64,000 nucleotides of DNA from Octopus vulgaris (GCA_951406725.2 OX597836.1:7874001-7938000); one strand, 5' to 3'. Positions 41,706 through 55,736 are shown, numbered from the stretch's first letter. The notes: generated by a model from the letters alone, not told the origin. Numbers and translations: made by a program.

Positions 41706-42073
41706 AGCGCAGGCATGGCAGTGTGGTAAGAAGCTTGCTTTCCCATCACATGGTTCCAGGTTCAGTCCCATTGCGTGGCACCTTGGTCAAGTGTCTTCTA
41801 CTATAGCCTCAGGCTGACCAAAGCCTTGCAAGTGAATTTGGTAGATGGAAACTAAATGAAGCCCGTCATATATATATTTGAGTGTATATTAGTGTTTTTG
41901 TCCCCACCACCATCACTTGACACCCGATGTTGATATGTTTACATCCCTGTAACTTAGTGGTTCGACAAAAAGGACCAATAAAAGTACTAGGCTTACAAAG
42001 AACAAGTCCTGGGTTCAATTTGTTCGACTAACTCCAGCTTGGCCACAGTTAAATGACAGAAACAAGTAAAAGA
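41706..42073 (+). mobile_element. tRNA-derived SINE, family A (full length)
   Basis: GCGCAGGCATGGCAGTGTGGTAAG...GGTTCAGTCCC head through AAACAAGTAAAAGA end. Confidence 0.82.
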
Positions 42074-43133
42074 ATATGCATACATACACACATTAATGTC
42101 AACATCCCATGGTGAACGAGGTGTATATTCCTCGACATTATGACCGATTACTCTGTGCTTTCAAAAAAGTAGCCATTTACTTGAGAAAAAGAAGAGTTTG
42201 ACAATGGGAAGAGCATTCAGCTGTAAAGTCTTGCCTCAGATATCTCTGTTCAATGTAGGCTAGTAAGGGAGAAACAGAAAATGCATGTTAAAACAGATGA
42301 AACGTCTGTGTATCTGTGTGATGGCCTTTCTTCTGCACAGCTTCTTCCAAGCAAATTTAAAATTGATTAACTCAAGAAAATAGGCATTTCCCAATGGCTT
42401 GGCCAATAAAAAAAAAAAGGAAGGCTAACAGCAGCGACGATGACTGTGTTATGTGGTTGGTATTAGAAAGGGTATCTGACTGATCAACAACATAACATGA
42501 GTGAGATGCAGTCCTCCAATCCATCCAAGTAAAGCAGCATTGGAGAATAAAAACTGACTTACATCACAACAACCTGTCCAACCTTGCCAGTATAGAAAGC
42601 AGATATCAAACGATCACACACACACACTGTGTAACAGTCCATATTTAATACACTAGCCATATATAGTAGGCACCTTGATTTTCAGATCTGATGAGTGTCG
42701 AAAACCTATACTGCTATGTCTAAAGAGTTGTGCTCATTATAATTGCTTTATGAGACGATAAGCGACTACAATCAATTAGGTTTTCAATATTTCAGTCAAT
42801 GCAATATATATAAATATGTAAGTATATAATTTTAAAAATATGAAGCCTTATTACGATGTTATATTTTTCTTAGGCAAATGAAGAAACTCTTGTAGCATAA
42901 CACCAGGATTTTGGTGAATATAAGTGCATATCAGACATGGAGTTTTACAAGTGTATATATATATATATATATATATATTATACACACACACACACAATTG
43001 AACAGATAACAAACAGAGCCAAAGGATTCAGGACCTATAAAGTTTGTTCAGCTTTCAACCACTGGCATTAAAACTTGACTCACAAATTCTAATAATTAAA
43101 TATTCCAAACGTTGCTGAAACACACAGGAGGAA

Positions 43134-43147
43134 AAGAGAGAGAGAGA

Positions 43148-43202
<55 letters not shown>
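43134..43202. repeat. (GA)n microsatellite
   Basis: Near-pure GA run. Confidence 0.95.
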
Positions 43203-43205
<3 letters not shown>

Positions 43206-43650
43206 TGTCTGCTGTAAAAGATTAGATGTGGTTTGTAAGATGTGAAGAACAAGGTATTAGGTATAAAGTGGAAGGTTATATGTTGTAAGGTGTAAAACGT
43301 AAGGTATATGTAGTGTAAAGTGCAAGGCTTGAGGTTGCAGTCTAAGGTATAAGGTAGGAGGAGCAAGGTGTGCAGGGTAAGGCATGAGATGTGCAGCATG
43401 AGGGAGGGGCTGTTGAGTGCGAAGCTTGAGGCACCAGGTGTAAAGCATAAGGCATGAAATTAAGGTGTGCAGTGTAAACTGAAAGTGCAAAATTTAAAGC
43501 ACGAAGTGCAAGCTGTGCAGCAGAAGGTGGAAGACATATAAAACGTAAGGTGAAAATATACATCACAAGATGCCAAGTGTAATGGGTAAGGCATGAAATG
43601 TATGTATAAGACGTTAGGTGAAAAATGCAAGGCATAAAACATGAAGATAA
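43203..43650. repeat. degenerate 7-bp tandem repeat (about GYRYAAR)
   Basis: Parses as gtgtaaa gcataag gcatgaa ... gtgcaaa atttaaa gcacgaa gtgcaag ... gcagaag gtggaag. Confidence 0.65.
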
Positions 43651-43697
43651 AGGGTGGTGGCTGTTACTGAATAATGAATCAGAGAGAAAGAGAGATA

Positions 43698-43743
<46 letters not shown>

Positions 43744-44547
43744 AAGAGAGGGAAAGAAAGAAAGATCAGATTTTATTTCAGTGAAATAATTTTTTCTTTT
43801 TGTGATTTATCAGTGAAAAGTCAGTAGTTTTGTTTAAATTTCGTTTCCTTCATGATATGATGAGGTTTTTTTTTTTATCTTTTATTGTGGTTTATTGCAG
43901 ACATCTTCTTACATGGTTTTTTTTTCTTTAAACACATTACAACTGTACTGGTTTCTAAAAAAAAAAAAAAAAAACAAACAAAAAAACACAGCGAATGTAG
44001 TAGAAGGACGACACTGCTGTGGATGACACTGTGGCTTTATCCTATACGAACACAGCAAATGTCTAAGACGTGGCTGTGTGTATAAACAATATATTGGTGT
44101 GTAACAATACAGTGAGGTCGATCACATGGCCGTGCGTATAAACACTGCAGTGTCAGAAACACACAGCAATGTCTTTGATATTGCTCTGTGTATGTGTGTG
44201 TGTGTGTGTGTGTGTGACTGTAATTAACATGATGATGTGTTTGACACAACAGTGCATACACACAACGCAGCAATGCGCAACGACAGTGGTGTCTACAACA
44301 CACCTAAGTATAAAACGCACTGCTGTGTTCAACGTAACAGTGTGTGAAACACAGTAGTGTGCACAGAAGAGAAAAACAAGTAAAAAAAATAAAATAAAAT
44401 AAAAATAAAAAGACTTATGGGAGGTTTTTATTGTTTTTTAAAAAAAGTTTCTTTTTTCATTTAAAATTTTTTTTTTCTCAAATAGTAATTTGGTAATTCC
44501 AAGTCACAATAAACAGTGACGATAAAAAAGACAACCAAAAAAAGGGA

Positions 44548-44737
44548 ATATATATATATACACATATATATATATGATATATATAAGTACACATATAGAC
44601 ATACATACATATATATACATATATATATATCCATACATATACATATATATACATACAAATGTATACATTTATATATATATATATATACACATATGCATAC
44701 ATAAATATATATATATACATATACATATGCATACATA

Positions 44738-44768
<31 letters not shown>

Positions 44769-44823
44769 GTATATATATATATGTGTGTATATATATATAT
44801 ACACACACATATATATACATATA

Positions 44824-44865
<42 letters not shown>

Positions 44866-44886
44866 CACACACATACATACATGTAT
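44548..44886. repeat. TA/CA compound microsatellite
   Basis: Long (TA)n with CA/TG interruptions; similar tracts at about 45450-45720 and 47180-48580. Confidence 0.9.
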
Positions 44887-45148
44887 AAAAAAAAAAACGT
44901 ACCTGCCTTGGCGAGAGAATGAACCTCCCACAGCTTTGTTTGAAGCTGAAGACAAAATTAAAATGAAAAAATAAAAAGAAACATCGAATGGGATGTGAAA
45001 ATTTTCTGCCTGCTGATTGTGACAACAAAATGACAGCATGGGTGGAGAAAGTCAGAAGGATGGGTGAGACAAACTGCAGACACATGGAGAGAGAGACATG
45101 AAGTGTGAGTGTGTATGTATATACATACATATACATATATATATATAT

Positions 45149-45361
45149 AAGCAATATTTGTAGCCACTTTAACTTTCCAGTCCATTCCAACGGACCCTAC
45201 TGCAATTTTTTAACCCCAAGAGGACATTTCCTCTGGCTGGTTAATGATGCGCAGCTGTGCATCGTTAACCAGCTAGAGGAGATGTCCTCTCAGAGTTAAA
45301 AAAACCATAGTAGAGTCCGCTCAAATGGGCAGCCATGTCAAAGTGGCTACGAATATCACTT
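45149..45361. repeat. about 210-bp imperfect palindrome without spacer (MITE-like)
   Basis: Centre GCGCAG|CTGTGC at 45254/45255; arms pair out to ATATTTGTAGCCACTTT / AAAGTGGCTACGAATAT. Confidence 0.88.
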
Positions 45362-45449
45362 GTCAGTACAACTACTGTGTTGATCTATATATATATATAT
45401 ATATATAATCAATCATCACGTCCGTGTTCCATGTTAGCATAGGTGGGAC

Positions 45450-45501
<52 letters not shown>

Positions 45502-45844
45502 TATACATACACACACGCATGTCACACACACATATACATATGTCCAAGCAAATGTAACATACATACATAGACAGACAAGAATGTTACAAAACACACACAC
45601 ACACACACACACATTTACATATAGGTGTTTGTGTGAATGTGAACATGTATAAGCACATATGTGGTAGATACACATACATAGACATATAAATATACACACA
45701 AATATAACATCCACAAGCACATACGTGCACGTGTTTGTTTTGTGCATCTTTGAATAGTCATAGATTTGCATGATGAAACAATTAATTGCTTTGTGAATTC
45801 TCCTGAACTTACTGGGTCGAAAATGGGATGGAACTGACTATAAA

Positions 45845-46630
45845 TAATATTTCCTACTTTAGGTACAAGGCTAGGGAAGGGCTACCTGATTACATGAACT
45901 ACAGTACTTAAGTGGTACTTGTTGACCCAAGACACAACGTAAAGATCAAGGAAAAAATGCCACTAAGAATTTATTTCAATGCACTAATTCTTTTTGCCAG
46001 CTTGCTGCCTTAATAATAATCCTTTCTACTGCAGGCACAAAGCCTTTATTTATTTATTTGGGGGGGGGGGCGTCCAGTTGATTATATCGACCCTACTGCT
46101 TAACTAGAAGCTATTTTATCGATCCTGAAAGGAAGAAAGGCAGAGTCAACCTTGGCGGAATTTGAACTCATTAAGCCGGAAGAAATGCTCTTGAACATTT
46201 TGTCTGTCAATGCTAATAATTCTGCCAGCTTGCCACCTTAATAAACAACAATCCTTTCTACTATAGGCACAAAGCTTGAAATTCAGGGGAAGAGAAGTGG
46301 TGGTGGTGGTGGTGGTGGTGGGGCTGCTTAATGACATTGACCCCACTGTTATAACTGGAACTTGTGTTTTATCAATCTCGATATGGCTGAAAGGCAAAGT
46401 CAACCTTGGCAGCTTTTGAACTCAGAATGTAAAACTGGACAAAATGCTGGCTTATGGTTGGAGAAGGACAAAGTTATCAACACCAGCACACAACTGGTAC
46501 TTGTTATATATTTTTTATCAATTCCAGGGTCATGAACAGCAATGTCAAACATGAGCTGAATACCAATAAAGAACATAAAGGGTTTCCTCTTAAACACCAC
46601 AAGGTGTTTGGCTAATTCTTCTATTGCTAA
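45845..46630 (-). mobile_element. head-to-tail cluster of about four family C SINE copies
   Basis: Repeated units TCCTTTCTACT..AGGCACAA...GAATTTGAACTCA...TTCTGCCAGCT; the same family forms a pair at about 14040-14470. Confidence 0.7.
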
Positions 46631-47333
46631 TAACTTCCATCCTACTTGTAGTGCTGACCTTAAAAGCACACATGCAACTATTATATGCATATCTATACAA
46701 TATGTGTATATATATATGTGTATATATATATGCATGTATGTATAATATATATATGCATACACATGCACATTTACACAAACAGACATATATATACATACCC
46801 ATATAAGTATACACACAGACATTTGTCTATATTTACATATATCTATACATGTATTTAAATACATACACGCAGACTCTTAAACTCACTAAGACATACGGAA
46901 ACATACACAGTAAAAGGTGGACACACAAACACACTCATGTACATAAGGATGTGTGTATGCATAAACATGTTCCATGTAAAAACAAAGCCAGCTCCGCTAG
47001 TTTAAAAAATATAGGTAACTTAACACAAAAGGGAAAAAAATATTTTAAAACAAAACATAAAAAACTACAAAATGAAACCAAAAGTCAATTAGTAATAATT
47101 ATACTAATTTCTGCCAACGTTTTCTTCTTCACTAGAAAAAAGAATCATTTCTTGTGTTGCATGGGAAAAAAGATATATTTATACTTACACACACACACAT
47201 TAAGTGTATGTGTGTCTGTGTGAGTATATGCATATATATATATATCTATATATGTACATATATATATATGCGCATACATACATATACACACACATACATA
47301 TATATATATACATACATATACATAGCTATACAT

Positions 47334-47375
<42 letters not shown>

Positions 47376-47780
47376 AACATGAAGTGCATATAAACATACA
47401 TACATGTGTGTGTGTGTGCATGAATGTGTATATATCTATGTATTTATGTACGCATGTACGTGAATGTATTATGAAGACAGTTTATTGTCTTCACTAACTG
47501 CCTGGTTTTAATTCTTGGGCTCCTTTGATTCCATCTTGTAGATTATAGTACAGTCTGTGAAGTCCACTGAAGCATGCAATGTGAAGTGAGTGTTTTGCAA
47601 AAGAGAGAGAGAGGGAAATGTATATAGGTAGATACATAGATAGAAACATAATTTTCTTTTTGTTCAGTTCTAAATGTCTGGATGGCGGTATTAATTCTGA
47701 TGAAGACAATGATGACGTACAGTTTGGAAATGCGAATCACAAAGAAAGAAAGAAGAGTGTGATAGTGATTATTACAATAT

Positions 47781-47829
<49 letters not shown>

Positions 47830-47925
47830 TATAGATGTATACATGTGTGTGTGTAGATACATACATATTTACACACACATGTGTATATACAGATATATAC
47901 ACATAAATACATGTGTGTGTATATG

Positions 47926-47956
<31 letters not shown>

Positions 47957-48342
47957 ATAGATAACTATATCTATATATATATATATTTATATAGATAAAT
48001 ATATCTATACATATATATATATTTATATCTATGTATCTATATAAATATATTTATATATCTATATTATCTATATATTATATGTATATGCACTGCAGCACAA
48101 CCGTCCCTGCTCGAATTTAAATTACAAAAGTACTCCCTGAGAAAATATGTCGAACAGGGAGAGGCGTGAGGTAGTCTTTTTACATTTTTTTGTCCTTTTA
48201 CTATTATTGTTGCTGTAGTTAATACACTAGTATCGTTATTATTATTAATATAATTATCATATGAAACATCGATGAGATAACAGAAATGAGATGAAAGAAA
48301 GAAAAAAAAATGAACAAAACAGCAACATATAGACATTATATA

Positions 48343-48398
<56 letters not shown>

Positions 48399-50830
48399 TA
48401 TATATATATATGAAAGAAATTGTAGACAAAATACATAGAAACACTAGGAGGGATGGGATAAATAAAAATTATATGTGTGTATGTATGTATATATATATAC
48501 ATACATACACACATCCCTATGTATGTGTCTGTATGTCTGTCAAAGTATAGACACACAGACATATATACATATATAACTATACTGTCACAACAATCAAGAT
48601 TATATTATTTATAGCCTTACTAATTTCCACCTTTTGCATATGTTAAGAGCCACAGGTAAACAACAAAGACTAGGGTGGGGGTTTGACCCAGCCCCCAAAA
48701 ATTTTTTTAAACGGGGGTTGGGGTTAGGGGCGGTAGAGTTTGGAGCCGAGGTGACTATGTCGATGATGAAGGTAATGTTAGCAAATTACAATGAATTAAA
48801 AATATAATAATCTAGATAATAAAAATTATAATAATAATAATAATAATAAAGATAAAGGAAAGATATTGTAAATGAATGTCCAAGATGTAGGAGCTGTGGA
48901 ATAAAGTGTTTCTTGTTCTGAATTATGACACTGGATGAGGTTTGTAAAAAGTTACTCCAAGACGGCTTTGCAATGCGATATCTGGCAAGAACTAGGCAAG
49001 GATTAAGATTCTTGGGAGACCAAGGACGGGATTAATTGGAATTAAAATTCAATGACATTAATAAAAATAATTATTTCTAAACGTAGGCACAAGGCCATAA
49101 ACTTTATTGAGTGGGGTCAGGGAGTGGGGAAGGAGACTGGGAAGTGGGGGGTTGTCACGGGAAGTGTGGTAGTAGTTAAATGATATTGGCTCCAGTAACT
49201 GACTGGTACTTTCGGTTTTATAAATCCCAGAAGGATGAAGAGAGCAAAGTTGGCCTTGACAGGATTGGAACTCAGAATGTAATAATAATGATTTCTTTCT
49301 AGGTGACAATAATAATAATAAAATAACAACTGGAAGATGCTATCAGGAATAAGGAAAAGAGAAAGAAAGAGAGCAATGTTAACCTTGATGTGTTCATACT
49401 GGTATAAATATAAGATGGGTTTCTAAATGATAGGGAGGAGACCAGCCACAGTAAGAAACAGGTTGAAAGGAGACTATCCCCAAAACATTGTGCAGAGGTG
49501 GTTAATTTTGATGAAATATCATTGCTGGACTATCATGTCTTGTCGCAAGAAAAAAAAACCCAACCCAGATTAGAGCAAATGCTCTTTGCTTCTTGTGGAA
49601 GAGACAAGTTCTGCTGGCAAGATGTCAATCAGCTGTGGATTCTTATTCCAAGGCCAATAATGAGCAGGAGCAGAGGCTTAACACATCTGGAGAGATTATC
49701 TCTGAGTTGCAGTCAAGCTCAAACAGAGATTGGACACTTGGCATCTGGAATGTTGCCAAATGCTCACTGCATATCCTGCCAGCTGGACAACAATAGTCCA
49801 ACCCTCACAATTTGTGGAGAGTGAGTGGGGGAAGATACAAGAGACCATGGCTTGGAAGTGATTCCGGGCAGTCTGAGGAGTTCTCTTCTGAATGACTTTC
49901 AGGCTGGGGGATAATTACCAAAAGTTCTTGGTCTGGCAGTGCTACAGGGAGAGTGAAGGAGTTTTGCCTGTTTACGATCCATACGCTCAACAGGCATGAC
50001 AGTGTTGGGGCAGCCAGCAACTGAACCTGTCTCATTTCACAATGTATAAAAGGTGATGCAACACCAGCAAGCACTCATTTAAATGTCTGAGCCTTGGTTA
50101 ATTTCTGGGTTTAAGTTGTACAGCTTTAATCACATGTAGGACGGATCTGGCCATCAACCTGCCACCTTCCTTTAGCAAAGGAGAGGAGGAAGTCTTCTTC
50201 CAAAGGGTGGATATGGTGCAAGCTACCAGTCAAGGAGGGCACTAACTCCAAATAAGAAACGACAGAATGATTTGATGATCCCAACCAGAAATTTATTTGT
50301 TCCTAGTATACATTGATCCCGATATCTTAGTGATTATTCTATGCATGTGGATGTGGGCCTCGTCCTTAGATGTAAGCACTAGTAGCATGTGATTAACCAA
50401 GTGTCTGGCATTGGCTGATGAGACTAGAAGTGAGTGAGTATTCTTAATGTTATTTGTAATTAAAATTTATTAATTTATACAGCCATCCATAAGTCATCTA
50501 TGAAAACAAAGATCTTAAGATAAGGGGTAAACACATTTCTGATGCTTGAAATTAAATTAACTCCCAAGAATGTTATCTAATTAGAGAGATTATCAACGAA
50601 GTCTGCTATCGATGACAACCTCCTCCTTGTATTACAGGTACTTATTTTACCTGACAAGAAGGTCACCTAAGATTTGATATCAGAAGGTGAGGGAGAAAAC
50701 TAGAAATACTCATTCCATATGATCTGGTGCAGTATGCAGATATTTGGTAGAGTTAATGGAACCAAAGAAGGAAAGAGATAGAACTAATTACTGCAAGGAA
50801 GCATTTGTCTGAGGCCCTACCAATTTTACT

Positions 50831-51061
50831 ATAATAATAATAATAATCCTTTCTACAATAGGCAAAAGGTCTGAAATTTGGGGAGAGGAGTTAAGTCGAT
50901 TACATCGACCCCAGTACTCCACTAGTATTTAATTTATCAATTCTGAAAGGATGAAAGGCTAAGTCGACCTCGGCAGAATTTGAACTCAGAATGTAAAGAC
51001 AGACGAAATACTGTTAGGCATTTTGCCTGGTGTGCTACTGATTCTGCCAGCTCACCACCTT
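50831..51061 (-). mobile_element. SINE, family C (representative copy)
   Basis: Minus strand GGTGAGCTGGCAGAATC...CTGAGTTCAAATTCTGCCGAGGTCGAC...GAAAGGATTATTATT: B-box-like motif and ATT tail. Confidence 0.78.
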
Positions 51062-52110
51062 AAAAATAATAGGTACAGAGAAAAGCTAGTTTGTGGTTGG
51101 TTCAATGAATACACCACTACCTTGATGATTGAACCCACACTGCTTCCATCCTATTGTGATTTGAACTCAGAATGAAATATAAAAAAAAGACCTTAGTAAA
51201 TACTGATGGGTATCATCTAGTCCAAAGTCCTACCAATTCTGTTCCTCAGATATTTATAACAATAATAATTTCAAATTTTGGTACAAGACCAGCAATTTTA
51301 GAAGAAGAGAGGTTAGTTGATTACATTGACCTCTGTACTTGAGTTGTACTCTTTCTTATTGACTCTGAAGAGATGAAAAGCAAGGTTGACCTGAATGAAA
51401 TTTAATAATAATGAAAACGTTCAGCAGAGGCTGTTATGGTCTCAAAATATAACTGGATATAACTATATATACAGCATATTTACATATATTTATATATTAC
51501 ACACACACATGTATAAATTACTATAAATTACCCTACATTTTAATGTACTGAGTCTATCTAGTGTGCTTGGCCTTCTCCATCTTCAGATTATGATGCACTT
51601 GCATGCAAAACTGGGCAGTACCAACTTAGTAAATCTAAGATGTTAAATATGAGAATGCACAATGACTCACAATGGGTAATCAGTGCTATGTTATGTGCAT
51701 GAAAGAGGAAGGTCTCAAATCTATATGGATATATACATATCTATTGTATGCACAGTGTCAAACTAGGGATGGTTGGGAAGAGGGGAACAATATAGTCAAT
51801 GAAAAAGCAAAGTCAACCTCGGCAGGATTTGAACTCAGAACATAAAAGGTATGCAGCTGAATACCACAAGGAATTTGGTACAGTGCACTACCGATTCTGC
51901 CAACATAATGATGATGCTAAGAATGTTAATGTTGATAATGGCAATAATGATGATGGTAACGATATTAATAATGATGAACTGTAATAATGATAATAATAAT
52001 AAAATAAATAAATAATTAATAAAAGAATGTGTAGAAACTAGGAATGTTCTGACCAAGTTTTCAAAATTCGAGGTAGTTAAGGAACGATGCCGTGTCCGTA
52101 GTAAAGGGTA

Positions 52111-52157
<47 letters not shown>

Positions 52158-54484
52158 ATGTTTCTGTGTATACAGATACACAGAGGTGTTTGTTTCATAT
52201 AATCTCTTGAAAAATGGCATGAGGAAAATGGTAAATGGGGAATTTGGAAAGTGTGAAGAAATCCCCCTTCATAAAATGGGACAAATGGCTTGATATAAAT
52301 AATATACATTTAAACATGCACACACACACACGCATATATACATATGCACTTGTATGCATACACACATATATATATGCACACACACACACCCATATAAATT
52401 TAATCACTTGCCTAATTCATCATCACCATCATACCCTGGGTACCTTTAGGAGTCAACTCTGTTGTAAGCTTTTAAGCCATGTCTCTGGGGCCAAAGTATA
52501 ACTTCCTGCCACCCTTGCACCAGTCGTGAAGGCCTGGAAAAGGATCATTGGTAATCCTTACATTGGCTAACTCACTCTCTCTCGTGCACACACACTTTCA
52601 CCCGCACATCCGCCACTAGACAACTGGTGTTGGTTTGTTTACATCCTCTTAGTGGTTCGGCAAAAGAGACCGATAGAATAAGTATCAGATTTAAAAATGA
52701 AAAAAAAAAAAAAAAAAAGTTACAGGGGTTGATTTGTTCGACTAAAACCCCCATCAAGATGGTGCCCCAGCTTGGCCACAGTCTAACGACTGAAACGAGT
52801 CAACTATATAAGAGGGGGAAGAAAAACAAAAAAAAAACAAACAACATTGAGACACCATTTTACCACATTACCATTTTTTTTCTTTTTGTTTTCCTGCCAA
52901 TGTGTAGAATTATTTTCGTTATCTTTTTTTTTTAAAAAAGCAAATATGGATACTGACTGAGTGTTGTGCTTGTTAGTAGCTGTGGCGATGGTGGTAGTGT
53001 TGATGGCTATAGTGGTTCGAGTTATTGGCCGGGAGAGGAGGAGGGAGGGTCATGGCCAGGAGAGGGCTTCGTTAGGGGGAGATAACTAACTGTGGCTCTA
53101 AAATGTTGGATGGCTTAGTACACACACACACACGTGTGTGTGTGTGCATGTGTGTGCGTATGGTGGACTCTGCTGTCGTAGATGACAAATGAAGTTCAGA
53201 CATTTCTTGCTGAACAATCTGCACATGTATGAGTGTGTATATATACATACATATATATATATATATATAAGGTGTGTGTAAGCATACACCTACATATACA
53301 CACCCATACAAAACCAACATATAGAAATGAAGCAAAATGGGAGGTGGTTTGTGACAGATGTGAATGTTGATGGTTCCGATTAGGGATGGGTAGGGTGGGA
53401 AAGGGGACAGAGAGACAAAAACACACACACAAAAAGGTGTGGGGAGAGAGAGAGAGAGAAGGGGCATCAGAAAGTATAACAAAGAAACAAATTGTGAAGA
53501 AAGGCCTTTCCATTGGAAACCACGAATAAACAGAAAAAAAAAAAAAAAAAAGATGAGCAGGAAAAATACCCCCCTCCCCCAAAAAACCTAAAACCAAAAC
53601 GAAAAAAAAATTCGGAAGAATGTAAAATAATAATAATAATAATAATCATGAACAAAAAATAAACACAAAAAACAATGTCGCAGATAAACAAACAAACAGA
53701 AAATACCCAATTAACAAAGAAATCTGAATAATGATTGATGAGTGATACGATGTTTTAAACATTAGATGTGAATGAAGCTGGCTAGCTTGGCTGCAGTGGC
53801 TTTTTTTTTTTAAACTGATTTTTTTTGGTTGTGTTTTTAAATTATTTTCTTTCTCATTATTTTTTAGCGCTGTGGTCTACGTTCCCCACCCCCCTTTTTC
53901 TGAGACACCCACCCCTCCCCCATTCTCTGACTGGACAAGTTTTTTTTTTCGTTTCTTATGTCTTCTTTCCTTCTATCTGATTTCGAGGTAAAATTTGTCT
54001 CTTTTTGTTTAAATTTTTTTTTTAAATGAACTCGTTTTTTTTTTTTCATTAAAAACAATGATTTGTTTAGGAGTTTCGTTTGTTTTTTCTCTTTTTTTCT
54101 TTCTATCCTTCTATTTTTCTTTTTACTTTTTCTTTGATAAATTCAAAACAAAAAAAATTTTTTTCCTTTGTCTGTGTCTGTCCGTCTGTCCAGCTGTCAT
54201 TTTTTTTTTCCTTTTTCTTTTAAATCTTTTTATTCTTTTCAGCATTCCTTTTAAAAAGGAGGAGTGATTTTATGGTTTGAATAATATACACATATACAAG
54301 AGAGAGAGAGGGAGAGAAAGTAAGAGAGAGAGAGAGGGAGAGAAAAAATTTCTGAAAAAATACCCGCATCTGTTGGAGAGGGTTGGTTTGTTTACCCTTG
54401 AAGAAAAGGCATTAAGGGACCAACTTCCACGTGAAAGAGGGACCCAAGAGTTGATGGGACAAACAAGCTAACTGTTCTAAAGTT

Positions 54485-55438
54485 TTACACTATGTCTAAC
54501 TCTAAATTGCCTGCCAAGATTGTTGGTCTAGCACACACACTGCTGGAGTCAAGCAGTAGAGGGCGCTGTTGGTCTGTCGGTAATGGTCTCTGTGGTTGAT
54601 AATGGTGGTGGTTCTCGTCGGAACTTTGAACTGTTGCTTTGTATCCAAGAACACTGCTGTTGGGAGGAAGATTGCTGTGGCTGGCTAACAATGGATTGTT
54701 AGAAATTTTACTGTAAACTTCCTGAGGACTCTGTTGTGGATGTGATGACTTTAGTGAGGTATGGCTGCAGTTTGGTGCAGAATCGACACACGGGGTGTCA
54801 GAGGTTGTTGGGGTGTAGGAGCTTGTCGAATTATTATTAACAATGCCTGTTGAGCTAGTAGTTGTATTATTAGTGTTGGTGGTCGGTATCGTCGACGACG
54901 GAGGAGGAGGAGGTACATTAATGTTTGTGGATGAGACCCCGAGGTCAGTGTGTGGTAGGAGAGAATTTGAGGTAGAAGTAAGATATTGGTTTCTGTTAGA
55001 TTTCCCCGGTTGGTCGTGCTCAACATGAGTTCCAGCACGAGGAGTGATTGGTGTGCTGTCTGTAGGAGATTCCACCGATGCATCGAGGCCGTTCTCGTTA
55101 CTGGGACAGCCTGCATCAGTTACCCTGCCAGTGTTACATCCTCCATCTTCAGTCACATGTTTCGAGGGGACATTTGATTGAGTGTGTGGGTGCACGTTGC
55201 CCGTGCTCGGTGCACCATCCTGCGTTACATTTGCAGTTTGTTCACAAGGAGGTGATATCGTCGTGCCAGGATCTGTGGCTGATAACGAGGGCCCGTTGGT
55301 GGTCCCTGTATCAGCAGCATCAGAGCTGGACTTCACATCTCCCGTGTCATCTTGGTTTGGAGCTTGCGAGGTAGACTGTTCCGATTGACTTTCAGGTTTC
55401 CCTCTTTTCGACAAAAGGGGCTCCGTTTGTTCCATACC
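54485..55438 (-). CDS. PRTG: protogenin-like receptor, terminal coding exon (S/T/P-rich cytoplasmic tail)
   Basis: tttttttcaacag|GGTATG acceptor, 318 codons open to TAA, phase 0 matching the upstream exon. Ends PTILAGNLELDIV. The gene name rests on the upstream exons only. Confidence 0.72.
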   Translation of the reverse strand, partial: GMEQTEPLLSKRGKPESQSEQSTSQAPNQDDTGDVKSSSDAADTGTTNGPSLSATDPGTTISPPCEQTANVTQDGAPSTGNVHPHTQSNVPSKHVTEDGGCNTGRVTDAGCPSNENGLDASVESPTDSTPITPRAGTHVEHDQPGKSNRNQYLTSTSNSLLPHTDLGVSSTNINVPPPPPSSTIPTTNTNNTTTSSTGIVNNNSTSSYTPTTSDTPCVDSAPNCSHTSLKSSHPQQSPQEVYSKISNNPLLASHSNLPPNSSVLGYKATVQSSDENHHHYQPQRPLPTDQQRPLLLDSSSVCARPTILAGNLELDIV

Positions 55439-55736
55439 CTGTTGAAAAAAAAACAAGAAAAAGAAAATGAGTTAGAGAGCAACATTGTTAAGATGCTAAT
55501 GTGTTTTAAGGACCATAACAATACTCAATTTCATCTCACAGACTCATCATTTAACAGACCAATATTTTTTTTAAACAAATAACCACAGGTATGGCGTAGT
55601 AAGATGTTTGCTTCCCAACCACATGGTTCCAGGTCCAGTCCCATTGCATGGTACTTTGGGCAAGTGTCTTCCATTATAGCCTCAGGCCAACCAAGGCCTT
55701 GTAAGTGGACCTGGTAGACAGAAACTGAAAGAAGCT

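Noticed and set aside
49330-50640. Non-repetitive, moderately GC-rich block with short ORFs and a minus-strand FIDDL string
   Set aside because: Possibly a decayed retroelement, but no consistent motif series was recognised. A BLASTx/RepeatMasker search is needed.
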